DNA of 64,000 nucleotides from Deferribacterales bacterium (GTDB lineage: Bacteria > Chrysiogenota > Deferribacteres > Deferribacterales > Geovibrionaceae), in contig JBFWLW010000003.1 of NCBI GenBank assembly GCA_050251945.1, positions 32,001 to 96,000 on the forward strand, read 5' to 3'. Numbering within the stretch: position 1 is the stretch's first letter; each line of letters starts with the position of its first letter. A program made the translations under genes and the position numbers. Below, one piece after another: positions 1 to 10,696 of this stretch. The notes beneath the pieces were generated by a model that did not search any database, was not told where the DNA came from, and worked only from the letters and a program-made list of their open reading frames with translations.

Positions 1-3000
1 GGTACAAGCACTGTAGCAATAGACCCTGTACCCGTTGCAAATCAGGCGGCTGACAAAACGGTCACCGAGGCAGATGAAGGCTCGCCCGCCCCGCAGGCAG
101 AGGGCAACCTTTTTACAGACGGTACGGAATATGAAGACGGAAAAGATTACATACCGGAGAACGGAACCCCCGTTGTTTACGAAGTGCGTTACTATGACGA
201 TCTCGGACAGCTTCAGACGACGGAGCTTACCGATACTGTTACTGTCATCGATACTCTTTACGGCGAACTGACAATAAACAGGGAAACGGGTGATTATACT
301 TTCAAACCCGACGACGTTCTCAACCATCCGTCGGGCAACACACTCACAGAAACTTTCAGCTACAGCATAAAAGACACATCTGACGGCGACGTTTCAAACT
401 TTGCCGACCAGAACATCGTGATATACGACGGCACAGACCCTATTCTGAATCCGGAAGGCACCGGGGTCAGCGAGATGAATCTCCCTGACGGTCTGATTCC
501 CAATCCGGCGGCTCTCATAAAATCCGGCACTCTCGGCGTGGAAGGCGGAAGCGATACTTTCAGCGTCCGTTTCGATAGCGACGCAGTGGATAATCTTACC
601 TCTATGGGACTGACATCAGGCGGATACAGCATAACATATGAAATGTCTTCCGACGGACTCGCCATCGTTGCAAAAGCCAACGGCGCAGAGGTATTTACGG
701 TAACAATCACGGATCCGGCCTCCGAATCCGCAGGTTATACGTTCGAGCTGAAACAGCCTCTGGATTCGGGCGAGGATGTAACGTACACCTTCCCTGTCAC
801 AGTCACCGATTCCGACGGCGACAGCGCAGGTGCGCAATTCGACGTTGTAGTAACCGACGTTAAACCCATGGCAAATCAGGCAGCGGATATCAACCTTACG
901 GAAAAAAGCTATGACGGCGCAAGCGTAACGGCAACGGGCAACCTGCTTACAGACGGCACAGGCTATTCCGACGGACAGGACTATGTTCCTTCCGGCGGCA
1001 CTGCATACATAAACGAAATCAAATACTACGACGGGAACGGCGACCTTCAGACAGTCACACTGACACAGACAGTGACAACGCTGAACACCCAATACGGCGA
1101 ACTTACCATAAACAGAGAAACTGGCGAATACAGCTATACGCTGACAGAGCCTTCCGACCACACCGATTCCGACACACTTACGGAAAGTTTCAAATATAAC
1201 ATCATCGACATAAGCGACGGTCAGGTCTCAAACTTTGCAGACCAGATCATAACAATCAGTGACGGTGCAGACCCCGTATTCGTATCCGCAACCGGCGTTA
1301 CTGTCGAGGAAACGGATTTCACAGGCGGGCTTGCCGGCGAGACCAACGCGGAGCTTTCCGAAACGGGCATCATCAATGTCACAGGCGGAAGCGATACCTT
1401 TGACGTGACGATAAATGACAGTATCGTGAGCCAGCTTGAAGCGCTTAACATCACTGCGGGCGGAAAAGAGGTGACATACACACTGTCCGAAGACGGACAC
1501 ACGCTCACTGCCACAGCAGACGGCGCTGAAGTGTTCGTTCTGTCGCTTACAGATACAAACACGGAAACAGCCGGTTACAGCTTCGCGCTTAAATCCCCCA
1601 TTAACTATGTTAACGATCTCACTATTTCCATACCCTTGGACGTGGCAGATGCGGACGGAGATACCGTATCAGGTTCCTTCGATATAACCATAGCGGACGA
1701 TTATCCGGTTGCGAATTCTGCTGCGGATGTAACACTGGCGGAAAAATCATACGACGGCACGGAAAACAGCGTTGACGGCAACCTGTTCACCGACGGCGCA
1801 GACCATGCGTCAGGCGAGGATTTCATACCCGTCAACGGAACAGGTCAGATATATCAGGTGAAATATTATGATCCGGCAGGTGTTTTGCAGACCGCAACCC
1901 TGACCCAGACAGTGACCACTCTTGATACTGAATACGGCGAACTGACCATCAACCGTGATACGGGCGCATACATCTTCACAGCCGACCAAACCATCGACCA
2001 CCCCATCGGCAACAGCGTTACGGAAACCTTCCAGTACAACTTTAAAGACACGTCTGACGGCGACGTTTCAAACTTCGCAACTCAGAACGTGATAATCACC
2101 GACGGCGCAAACCCCACCATCGGAACGCCCGATGCGTCCACAGTATACGAAGCATCCCTCACAGGCGGGTCAGACCCCGATGCGGCGGAGCTTACGCAGA
2201 CAGGAACACTCGGCGTGACAGGCGGAAGCGACACTTTCGATACGGTTTTCAACCAGAGCACCATCGACTACATGAACTCTCTGACACTCAGAACACCCAG
2301 CAATACGCTCATAACCTACAGTGTTACAAACAACGGTCATACCCTGACAGCGTCCGCAGGCGGAGCCACCGTGTTCACGGTGGATATCAGCGACCCGGCG
2401 GAGGATACTGCAGCATACAGCTTTAACCTCTCAGGCTCCATAAAGAACGCAAACGACGTCACCCTCGCGATACCATTCACGGTTACAGACAGCGACGGCG
2501 ACAGCGTTTCATCTTCCATAAATGTTACGGTGGTGGACGACAATCCAGTGGCATATGCCGCGCCTGACACCGTAGTTTACGAAAAATCCGTAAGCGGGGC
2601 GGGCAATCTGGTCGTAACAGCCAATCTGTTCACCGACGGAACCACGTCGGATTTTATCCCTGCGGGCGGTGTTAAGCAGATAAATCAGGTAACGTATGTC
2701 AACGCTTCGGGAGTGGAGACAACCGCAACCCTTGCCGCCGGAAACAATACGCTTACCACGCAATACGGCACTCTGGTGATAAACAGCACCACAGGCGCAT
2801 ACACCTTCACATCCGCCGACAATATTGACCACACAGGAACAACTGACGATCAGGTCGCAGTGACCTTCAGCTACAACTTTAAGGACACCACCGACGGCGA
2901 CGTTTCCAACACGGTTTCACAGACCATCATAATTAAAGACGGACAGGTTCCCGACGCAGGCGCAGACGTTTATGTGACCATGGACGAAAAATATCTCATA

Positions 3001-6000
3001 AAAGGTTCCGAACCTGACAGCACAATGACCGTTGAAACGGGAGAGCTGAACATAACCCGCGGAAGCGACGAAATAACAACTAAATTCGCCGTAACCGAAG
3101 CGGATATGCTGGCTCTCGGTCTGGAATCAAACGGAGTGGCGCTTACATACACAGTCACGGATACCGTGATAACAGGTATGGCAGGTTCCGACACCGTTTT
3201 CATAATAACGATAGTCAACAGTACAGGGCTTAACCCCGAATATAAGGTTGAGCTGATAAGCAACCTCGACAACCCGCCGGAATCATCAGGCGACACGGAC
3301 ATAACTTTTGTCCTTCCCGTCGTAGTGACGGACATCGACGGTGATACCGATACAAACAATATACACATCACAGTTGTGGACGATTCTGCAAAAGAGGTTC
3401 AGAACATCACCGTTATTGAAGATATTGCAAAGACGTTCACCACAAACGCGGACGTTAACCCCGAATCCACAACGGCATCAGTCGCAACATACGGTGACAT
3501 AACCATCAATACGGACGGGACCATAACTTATACGCTGAAACCTGAATATCAGCATTACAGCGGCGGAGACCAGTTCACCTATACAACAGTGTCTTCGGAC
3601 GGCGGCTCCAAGACGACTACAGTGAACATAACTGTAACCCCTGTTGATGACGCACCTGCATGGGCGGGCGATACGGACTACGGCGCACCGTACGGAACAC
3701 TTATTGAGGACGCAGGCAACATCACACTGACAAACCTGACGCTGCCCGTTATAACTGACAACACGGATAAAAACGGTGCCGATGCCGGAGACCATCCCGA
3801 AAGGCTCGGATATATCACATTTGAGAACGTTCCGGCTGGAACAGTCTTCGGATATGTTCATGACTCCGTAGGCGGTTCCGTAACGGTGGATTCTTCCAAA
3901 ACCGTCACCATAGTGATAGTAAATGATGACGGTTCGCTCAACACGGACTACCACTACACAGGGCTTTCCACATCAGGTGCAGGAGTGATCGCACTCACCG
4001 AGGCGGAATATCAGGCACTGACATACAAACCCGCCCCCGACAGCGCGAAGGACGTAACCTTTGAGGTTCATTCCACCAGCTATGAGGTCGACGACAGCGG
4101 CGTTCCCCTCGACATGACCGGAGCCGAAAGCTACGACGAAGTCACTGTCGTGGTTAAGGCAGTAACAGACGATGTGAGCCTTGCGCTCACTGATTCCGGC
4201 ACAGACACCGCAACAGGGGACGAAGACGGCTGGATAAACGTCAGCAGTCTGTTCGACGGAGTTACCGGCGACTACACTGACGGTTCCGAAACCCAGACAT
4301 TTACAATTTCGGGACTCCCCGCCGGATGGACGTTCTACGTAACGACATCGGACACGGTTCCCGCAGATTCCGCAAGCGGAACGGCTGTTGGCGACGACGG
4401 CGAATTCACCGTCACGTTGGCGCAGGGCAAAACCTTTGAAGACTACTATATCTATGTCAAACCGCCTAAGGATTATTCAGGCACAGTCACAGGGCTGACA
4501 GCCACTCTGGAATCCACCGACCACGAATCGGCAGGCGACTATAACGCAGGAACGGCAGTCGATCCCGAAAGCGCGCAGGTGACAGGCATCAGCATAACCG
4601 TGAACCCCGTGACAGACACACCCACCATAGCGGTGCGCGAACTTGTCACATCGGAAGATACGGCTGTGACCATGGATATCCGCCCCATAATGACCGACAG
4701 CAGCGAACAGGCGCTCTCTGTTTCAATAGCGGACATCCCCGAAGGCGCTAAAATAACAAAAGCCGACGGAACAGTGCTTTATGACGGCACACTCCCCGAC
4801 CCCACAGGAAGCGTTACTCTGGTCATCGGCGTGGATGTCACATACGAGGAGCTGAAAGATATCAAATTCGTTCCTCCGGCGAACTCAAACGTTAACGACA
4901 TAGTTCTTAAAATAACCCCGGCCATACAGGATCCCGGCGCGGATGCTTTCGGAGTGGAATACGAAGTTCCGGTACATATCAAGGGCGTTGCGGATTCGCT
5001 TTCAGTTAACGCTCCTTCTTCCTACACAGGACTTGAGAACGGAAAAGTACAGTTTAACGCGCACGCATCAACAGCGGACACCGACGGTTCGGAAACGATC
5101 TCCTATCTTGTGGAGGTTCCCGCAGGCGTAAAATTTGTAGACGCTTCCGGAAATCCGGCGGGTTCGTACATGGGCAACAACATGTGGGCTGTTTCTCAGG
5201 CAGAGGTCGACGCGGGCGTTTATTTTGAAGCAGCGCAAGACTGGTCGGGAGTTATATCCGGTCTGAAACTGGTTACAACCGTAACAGAAAACGACGGTCA
5301 CTCGCTCTCAACCGAATCGGCATTCGACATAACTGTCAACCCCGTAGTAACAGCCGACAACAGCATAATAGGCAGTGCATCGGGCAATGAGGACGATTAC
5401 ATAACGCTCAGCATCGGAAGTGCAGGGGACGGTTCCGAAACCGTTGCGCAGGTATCCATTCCGATGGCAAGCATACCCGCAGGACTGGAGCTTGTCGTAT
5501 GGAACGGTTCCACATGGGTAACTCCTGCCAACGACGGCACGAACTACATAGTGAACCCCTCGGATGTGGACGGCGGAACTTTCAGCGGAAACATTGCTCT
5601 GCACGTTACCGACAGCGGCGCATTCTCCCAGCTTAACGGAGATGGCGTTGCAACTATACAGAACGTAACTGTCACCGTGCAGGATAAATACGACGGTACC
5701 GCGGGCGGAACGGAAGTTATAACTTCAACGTTTACCAACGACGCATCCGTCAGCATCGAAGCGGTGGCAGACGCACCGGTTTTAAGCTATACCTCCGGCG
5801 GCGTGATAAGCGGAACATGTTCGGGTCCGGACATTGACCTCGGCGTGGACAAAACGTACACGGACAACGACGGTTCAGAAATACATTATTATATAATCAG
5901 CGGCGTCCCCACAGGTGTAAACCTTATTAACGCCACATATAACGGCGACGGAACATGGTACGCCGAGGACATAGCGAACGTTCAGGCGGACATCACCCCC

Positions 6001-8385
6001 GCGGCATCGGACGGAAGCTATACCTTAACAGTCGTTGGCTATTCGGTTGAACAGTCGAACGGAGACACCGCGACATCGTCCGAAATGTCCGTCACAATGA
6101 ACATCAGCATAGGCTGTACCGGTCCCGGCGAGCCTGCATATGTGGTTGAAGCGCCTACCCTCACTCTTCAGAAAAATCCCGTGGCGGAAGATTCGGGAAG
6201 CGTGACACTGCGCACATACATAACGGCTCTCAGCCTCAGCACACCGCAGGACAGCTCAACGGAAACGTTAAGTCTGGTCATCAAGGATATCCCCGCAGGT
6301 ATCACGCTGGAATCGACAGATGAATCCATAGTGTCACTGCGCTACTACACGGATACCGACGGAAATCAGGCTATCAGGGTCATAATCAGCGATTCAAACA
6401 ACGCCCTTGAAGCGATGAACTATGTCAGTGTGACGCTCCCCGCGAACTACAGCGGAGACCTGCCTGCGTTTGACATAATCGCCGTTGCAACCGAAACAGG
6501 AAACGGATATCCCATAACAGCGAACACAGAGGGCGAGCTTGTTATAAACATCAACCCCGTGGCGGACAGCCTCACCGCATCCGCAAACCCGACAGTGGAC
6601 GAAGATAAGATAACAAAACTTTCACTCACCCTCGGCACAGGCGACGATGTGACATCAGCCGACGACAGCACGGAAGTTATCAGCGGCGTCAGGATACAGA
6701 TAACGTACGGAACATTCGTGGATGAAGACGGCAACGGACTGGGCAACAATATAAGCGTCACCGTCGACCCCGACGGCACAGTGAAAACACTTGGCGGAAC
6801 GATTGTCTATTTTCTTTCAGACGGTCAGGATGCAACGAAAACAGTGGACATTGTTGTAAGCGGCACAGTCACCGACACATCAATAGTGGACGGTTCCGTG
6901 ATAACAAGCACTCCTCTGAACGACAGCCAGACAATACATATAAGCGTTAATCCCATACCCGACCCGGCAGGTTCGTCTGACGACGACCCCGACAGCACGT
7001 CCGCTCTGGCAGCGAACGACGTGACCGGAGACGAGGACACTCCAATACAGCTCGACCTTACGATATCATTCCCCGACGGCGACAGCTCCGAGCTTCAGTC
7101 ACTTAAGATAACGGGAGTTCCGGCGGGAGCCATGATAACGGATTCCACAGGAACCATCGTAGGTCAGAACAACGGCGACGGTTCATGGATGATAACTTCC
7201 ATACCCGCAGGCGGTCTGTTCTTCGTCGGCTCTCAGAACGCCAGCGGAGAAGTAGCTCTCAGTGTCGTTGCATACGCCATTGAAAAAGATACCATGCAGA
7301 TAGACGAACACTCCGCAAGCTTTACTGTAACTGTTAACGGCGTTGCGGACGGCGTCATAATCACTCCCCATGACGGAACGGGCGATCAGGGCGATTTTAT
7401 CGAATCAAGCGACCCAAGAGGATTTCTTGAGGGTGCGCTCATCGAAACCGAATCGTTCCTCGTCTCACCTTATAACGGAACTTCCGACACCTATAACGAT
7501 TCCAGACAGGACGAGCTTTATAAGGTGGTGTTCACCGGCGTGGACAGCGGAATGGACTTCTATTACAAAGACGGCTCCGGCTATGTTCATCTCACGGACA
7601 CCGACACAAGCGACGGCACCTATACCATTGAAAAGCTTACACAGGAACAGCTCGACAACCTGATATTCGTAAGTAACGACACATCAGGCACCGTACAGCT
7701 TGACGTTTCAGTTTATTCGCAGGAGGTAAACAGCGACGGAGACGTGATAAGTACGTCAGAAGACCATGCGGACGGCTCCATCAAAATTGATGTGGCATCC
7801 ACAGCGGTAAGCGACAGCAATGTCGAATCCATGAGCTTTGCCGGCGGTGTTCTGCAAGTCGATCTTGCGGATTCGCTCTCCGGCGTTACGGTTCACTCCG
7901 ATAACGCTTCCGTAGGCGGCACGATACCCAACGACATACAGATAACAGCCCATGCAACAGAGACCGCCAGCGTGGTGGTTTCGGACGGCGACACACACGT
8001 TGCAACCATTGAAGTAGGATCCGTCGGCGACGACGTGTTCAGCTTTGACCCCGACAACTATTTTGCGGGAATGGGCGGCGAGGATACTGTCAAACTTTCG
8101 GACAGCATAGATCTGGATTCTGCAAAATCCCATATGTCGTCCATTGAAAAGATAGATATGACCGGAAACGGTGCGCAGAGCATCGACCATCTCTCCGTGG
8201 AGAATGTCAGCGACATTCTGGACGGTTCCACAACACTCACCATTGACGGCGACACCGACGACAGCGTGTCTCTGGACAGCGGATGGGGAACTGCATCCAC
8301 GGACGGGGATTATAACGTATATACCGCAAATTACGGCGGCGTTGATTACTCGATCAAAATTCATAATGACGTAAATGTTGGATAG
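1..8385 (+). CDS. Giant repetitive T1SS-secreted adhesin (LapA/BapA-like), 5' end outside the window
   Basis: Frame 1 is open from base 1 (GTSTVAIDPVPVANQAAD...) and continuous with the 2733-aa ORF. It has D/T/G-rich Ig/cadherin-like repeats, RTX-like GxxGDD motifs near the C-terminus, a typical T1SS C-terminal signal region, and is followed by T1SS genes. Confidence 0.92.
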   Translation, partial: GTSTVAIDPVPVANQAADKTVTEADEGSPAPQAEGNLFTDGTEYEDGKDYIPENGTPVVYEVRYYDDLGQLQTTELTDTVTVIDTLYGELTINRETGDYTFKPDDVLNHPSGNTLTETFSYSIKDTSDGDVSNFADQNIVIYDGTDPILNPEGTGVSEMNLPDGLIPNPAALIKSGTLGVEGGSDTFSVRFDSDAVDNLTSMGLTSGGYSITYEMSSDGLAIVAKANGAEVFTVTITDPASESAGYTFELKQPLDSGEDVTYTFPVTVTDSDGDSAGAQFDVVVTDVKPMANQAADINLTEKSYDGASVTATGNLLTDGTGYSDGQDYVPSGGTAYINEIKYYDGNGDLQTVTLTQTVTTLNTQYGELTINRETGEYSYTLTEPSDHTDSDTLTESFKYNIIDISDGQVSNFADQIITISDGADPVFVSATGVTVEETDFTGGLAGETNAELSETGIINVTGGSDTFDVTINDSIVSQLEALNITAGGKEVTYTLSEDGHTLTATADGAEVFVLSLTDTNTETAGYSFALKSPINYVNDLTISIPLDVADADGDTVSGSFDITIADDYPVANSAADVTLAEKSYDGTENSVDGNLFTDGADHASGEDFIPVNGTGQIYQVKYYDPAGVLQTATLTQTVTTLDTEYGELTINRDTGAYIFTADQTIDHPIGNSVTETFQYNFKDTSDGDVSNFATQNVIITDGANPTIGTPDASTVYEASLTGGSDPDAAELTQTGTLGVTGGSDTFDTVFNQSTIDYMNSLTLRTPSNTLITYSVTNNGHTLTASAGGATVFTVDISDPAEDTAAYSFNLSGSIKNANDVTLAIPFTVTDSDGDSVSSSINVTVVDDNPVAYAAPDTVVYEKSVSGAGNLVVTANLFTDGTTSDFIPAGGVKQINQVTYVNASGVETTATLAAGNNTLTTQYGTLVINSTTGAYTFTSADNIDHTGTTDDQVAVTFSYNFKDTTDGDVSNTVSQTIIIKDGQVPDAGADVYVTMDEKYLIKGSEPDSTMTVETGELNITRGSDEITTKFAVTEADMLALGLESNGVALTYTVTDTVITGMAGSDTVFIITIVNSTGLNPEYKVELISNLDNPPESSGDTDITFVLPVVVTDIDGDTDTNNIHITVVDDSAKEVQNITVIEDIAKTFTTNADVNPESTTASVATYGDITINTDGTITYTLKPEYQHYSGGDQFTYTTVSSDGGSKTTTVNITVTPVDDAPAWAGDTDYGAPYGTLIEDAGNITLTNLTLPVITDNTDKNGADAGDHPERLGYITFENVPAGTVFGYVHDSVGGSVTVDSSKTVTIVIVNDDGSLNTDYHYTGLSTSGAGVIALTEAEYQALTYKPAPDSAKDVTFEVHSTSYEVDDSGVPLDMTGAESYDEVTVVVKAVTDDVSLALTDSGTDTATGDEDGWINVSSLFDGVTGDYTDGSETQTFTISGLPAGWTFYVTTSDTVPADSASGTAVGDDGEFTVTLAQGKTFEDYYIYVKPPKDYSGTVTGLTATLESTDHESAGDYNAGTAVDPESAQVTGISITVNPVTDTPTIAVRELVTSEDTAVTMDIRPIMTDSSEQALSVSIADIPEGAKITKADGTVLYDGTLPDPTGSVTLVIGVDVTYEELKDIKFVPPANSNVNDIVLKITPAIQDPGADAFGVEYEVPVHIKGVADSLSVNAPSSYTGLENGKVQFNAHASTADTDGSETISYLVEVPAGVKFVDASGNPAGSYMGNNMWAVSQAEVDAGVYFEAAQDWSGVISGLKLVTTVTENDGHSLSTESAFDITVNPVVTADNSIIGSASGNEDDYITLSIGSAGDGSETVAQVSIPMASIPAGLELVVWNGSTWVTPANDGTNYIVNPSDVDGGTFSGNIALHVTDSGAFSQLNGDGVATIQNVTVTVQDKYDGTAGGTEVITSTFTNDASVSIEAVADAPVLSYTSGGVISGTCSGPDIDLGVDKTYTDNDGSEIHYYIISGVPTGVNLINATYNGDGTWYAEDIANVQADITPAASDGSYTLTVVGYSVEQSNGDTATSSEMSVTMNISIGCTGPGEPAYVVEAPTLTLQKNPVAEDSGSVTLRTYITALSLSTPQDSSTETLSLVIKDIPAGITLESTDESIVSLRYYTDTDGNQAIRVIISDSNNALEAMNYVSVTLPANYSGDLPAFDIIAVATETGNGYPITANTEGELVININPVADSLTASANPTVDEDKITKLSLTLGTGDDVTSADDSTEVISGVRIQITYGTFVDEDGNGLGNNISVTVDPDGTVKTLGGTIVYFLSDGQDATKTVDIVVSGTVTDTSIVDGSVITSTPLNDSQTIHISVNPIPDPAGSSDDDPDSTSALAANDVTGDEDTPIQLDLTISFPDGDSSELQSLKITGVPAGAMITDSTGTIVGQNNGDGSWMITSIPAGGLFFVGSQNASGEVALSVVAYAIEKDTMQIDEHSASFTVTVNGVADGVIITPHDGTGDQGDFIESSDPRGFLEGALIETESFLVSPYNGTSDTYNDSRQDELYKVVFTGVDSGMDFYYKDGSGYVHLTDTDTSDGTYTIEKLTQEQLDNLIFVSNDTSGTVQLDVSVYSQEVNSDGDVISTSEDHADGSIKIDVASTAVSDSNVESMSFAGGVLQVDLADSLSGVTVHSDNASVGGTIPNDIQITAHATETASVVVSDGDTHVATIEVGSVGDDVFSFDPDNYFAGMGGEDTVKLSDSIDLDSAKSHMSSIEKIDMTGNGAQSIDHLSVENVSDILDGSTTLTIDGDTDDSVSLDSGWGTASTDGDYNVYTANYGGVDYSIKIHNDVNVG
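34..3380 (+). repeat. Four diverged ~278-aa tandem repeat units within the adhesin
   Basis: The segment (V/I)xYxxxxG...YGxLxINxxTGxYxF/Y recurs at about nt 184, 1018, 1858 and 2689 (periods 834, 840, 831 nt). Each unit also carries DG(D/Q)VSN and GSD motifs. Confidence 0.85.
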
Positions 8386-8393
8386 GAGGATTG

Positions 8394-10631
8394 ATGAAAA
8401 GGGTTATTGCAGGCATAGTGGGGCTGCTTTGTGCCACTGCACACGGAATGACATTACAGGAAATGGCGACAGAGGTTGTTAAAAGCAACCCCGCCGCACA
8501 GGAACAGGTGAAAAGCTACAACTCGCTGTATCAGGAGTACAGAAAGGCTAAGGGCGGTTATCTGCCACGTCTGGACATCTACGGCGGCATAGGTCACGAG
8601 TGGGTAAACAACTCGAACACAAACTGGGAGGACTGGGACACAGACTTCTATTCAGGTAAGGTTGTTCTCCGACAGGATCTTTTTAAAGGGTTCGGCGTAC
8701 AGAACGAGGTGAAAAAACAGCTCTCAAAAATACGCTCCACCCAGTACCTTTACTATAATGAGGTGAACACCCTCTGCTTTGAATCGTCACAGCAGTATCT
8801 TAACGCGCTTAAGACCATGACGATAATGGATATTTCCAATCAGAACATCAAAAAGCAGGAAGAGTATCAGAAGCTTATAAAGGAAAGGGTCGATTCGGGA
8901 GTTGACAACGGTTATGACCTTGAAAGAGCGAATGCAAAACTTGCGACACTCCAGACAGACAACCTTGTTAAGCTGAACGACTATAAAGAGGCTGTGATCC
9001 GCACCCAGAAACTGCTCGGCAGATTTCTCGACGGACTGGAAATGACCAAGCCGGAACTGGATGACGTCTTTCTGCCGTATTCGCTTCAGGAAAGCATAGA
9101 AACGCTGAATAAGAACAACCCAATGCTCATTTCGTCCATATATGACATTGAGTATTACAAAAACAGCCACAAAGAGAGCAAGAAAGACTACTGGCCTGAA
9201 ATATACGCAGAACTGAGCCATGACCTTTCAAACGACATGGGCGGTACGGACGGTCTCGAAAGGGAGACAAAAGCGTCCATCAACCTGCACTATAACCTCT
9301 TTAACGGTACGAAGGACTACAGAGAGGTTCAGAAGAACATCAGTCTCGTGCATAAAGCTGTGGAAACAAGAAACCGCGTGTCCAGAGATCTTAATAACGA
9401 TCTCCAGCTCACATGGTCGGCACACAGACTGCTCGCACAGCAGCTCACTCTTCTGCAAAAAAACAGAAACGCCCTTTTGAAAGTGCTGAAAGCTTACAAA
9501 TCAGAGTTCAATATAGGCAAGAGAAAGGTAGTGGACATCATGGATCTTGAAAACGAGATATACAATATCGACGTGAAGATAGCCTCCACAAACTACGAGC
9601 TTCTCCTGTTCAAATACAAACTGCTCTACACCGTCGGCAAACTTCCCGATGTTATGGGTGTCAAGCCCGCCATTACGGAAAGAGAGGGCGACAAGCTCAC
9701 CGTGATTAAAGATGTACTTCCCGTAAGCGACGATAAGGACGCGGACAAGGTCAACGACGCAAAGGACTTCTGCCAGAACTCCGAAGGCGATACCGAGCTG
9801 AGCGGATGCGATGCGAAATCCACCGCAGGTTTTCTCAGCGACAGGTTTGAAGAACCAAAAGCGGTAATAAAGTCTAATATCGTAACAAACGTTGATCAGC
9901 TTAAACAGAATAAAATGACCAAAAATACTCTTACAACCGTTGCTGTGAAGTTCTTCAACTCCAAAGAAAACGAGTTTACCCCTGAAGCTATCGAGCTTAT
10001 GAGGGAAATAGTTACCCAGCTTAAGGACGCCGCAAACGACAACACCATAAACTTCTATGTCTACTCCAAAGACAGCGATGTTAAAAACGAAGATTACGTT
10101 CTTTCATCCAAACGCGCATACAATCTGTTCCGCGTGATGCTGAAAAACAACATAGTGATGTCCAGCCTTACGGCATACGGCAAAAACTACCCTGCAAATA
10201 CGGCCGACATGCCCGAAAACTACATTCAGATAGCCGTCACCGACCATAACGATGTTCAGGAGGACGTCTATGAAGTGTTCTCAACATCAGCACTCTCTTT
10301 TAAAGGAGCAAAGGCGGAAAGATCTGACGACCTCGGCAGACTGGATGAAGTGGCGCTTGACACCATGAGACATTTCGCCGCGATGGCAAGAACCCAGACG
10401 GCGAACCTTAAAGTCGACGTGATAAATTTCAGCTATGACAAGCGCAACACCGCCGCAAACAAAAGCATCAGTGACGCACGCGCAGGCGCCGCCGCGAAAG
10501 AGCTTGAAAAAATGGGAATGGATAACGTTATCGTCACCAGTTTCGGCATAGACCACGAACTGAACGAAGACGACATCACGGCGGACAAAAACTCGCCAAA
10601 GAACAGAACATATTTAATAATGCACAAATAA
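8394..10631 (+). CDS. TolC-family T1SS outer-membrane protein (LapE/AggA-like) with C-terminal OmpA-like extension
   Basis: Signal peptide, OEP motifs (GGYLPRLD, YNLFNG, FNIGKRKVVDIMD), then a DxDxDxVxD..C..C segment and two degenerate OmpA_C-like stretches. RBS AGGAGG lies before ATG 8394. Confidence 0.88.
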   Translation: MKRVIAGIVGLLCATAHGMTLQEMATEVVKSNPAAQEQVKSYNSLYQEYRKAKGGYLPRLDIYGGIGHEWVNNSNTNWEDWDTDFYSGKVVLRQDLFKGFGVQNEVKKQLSKIRSTQYLYYNEVNTLCFESSQQYLNALKTMTIMDISNQNIKKQEEYQKLIKERVDSGVDNGYDLERANAKLATLQTDNLVKLNDYKEAVIRTQKLLGRFLDGLEMTKPELDDVFLPYSLQESIETLNKNNPMLISSIYDIEYYKNSHKESKKDYWPEIYAELSHDLSNDMGGTDGLERETKASINLHYNLFNGTKDYREVQKNISLVHKAVETRNRVSRDLNNDLQLTWSAHRLLAQQLTLLQKNRNALLKVLKAYKSEFNIGKRKVVDIMDLENEIYNIDVKIASTNYELLLFKYKLLYTVGKLPDVMGVKPAITEREGDKLTVIKDVLPVSDDKDADKVNDAKDFCQNSEGDTELSGCDAKSTAGFLSDRFEEPKAVIKSNIVTNVDQLKQNKMTKNTLTTVAVKFFNSKENEFTPEAIELMREIVTQLKDAANDNTINFYVYSKDSDVKNEDYVLSSKRAYNLFRVMLKNNIVMSSLTAYGKNYPANTADMPENYIQIAVTDHNDVQEDVYEVFSTSALSFKGAKAERSDDLGRLDEVALDTMRHFAAMARTQTANLKVDVINFSYDKRNTAANKSISDARAGAAAKELEKMGMDNVIVTSFGIDHELNEDDITADKNSPKNRTYLIMHK

Positions 10632-10641
10632 CTTAAATTGC

Positions 10642-10682
10642 CGGAGGGCGCTCTCTGCAAAGTGCGCCTTCCGTTTTTTTTT
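10642..10682 (+). terminator. Intrinsic terminator between tolC and the ABC gene
   Basis: CGGAGGGCGC...GCGCCTTCCG stem followed by T9. Confidence 0.75.
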
Positions 10683-10696
10683 CGGACTGGAACAAG

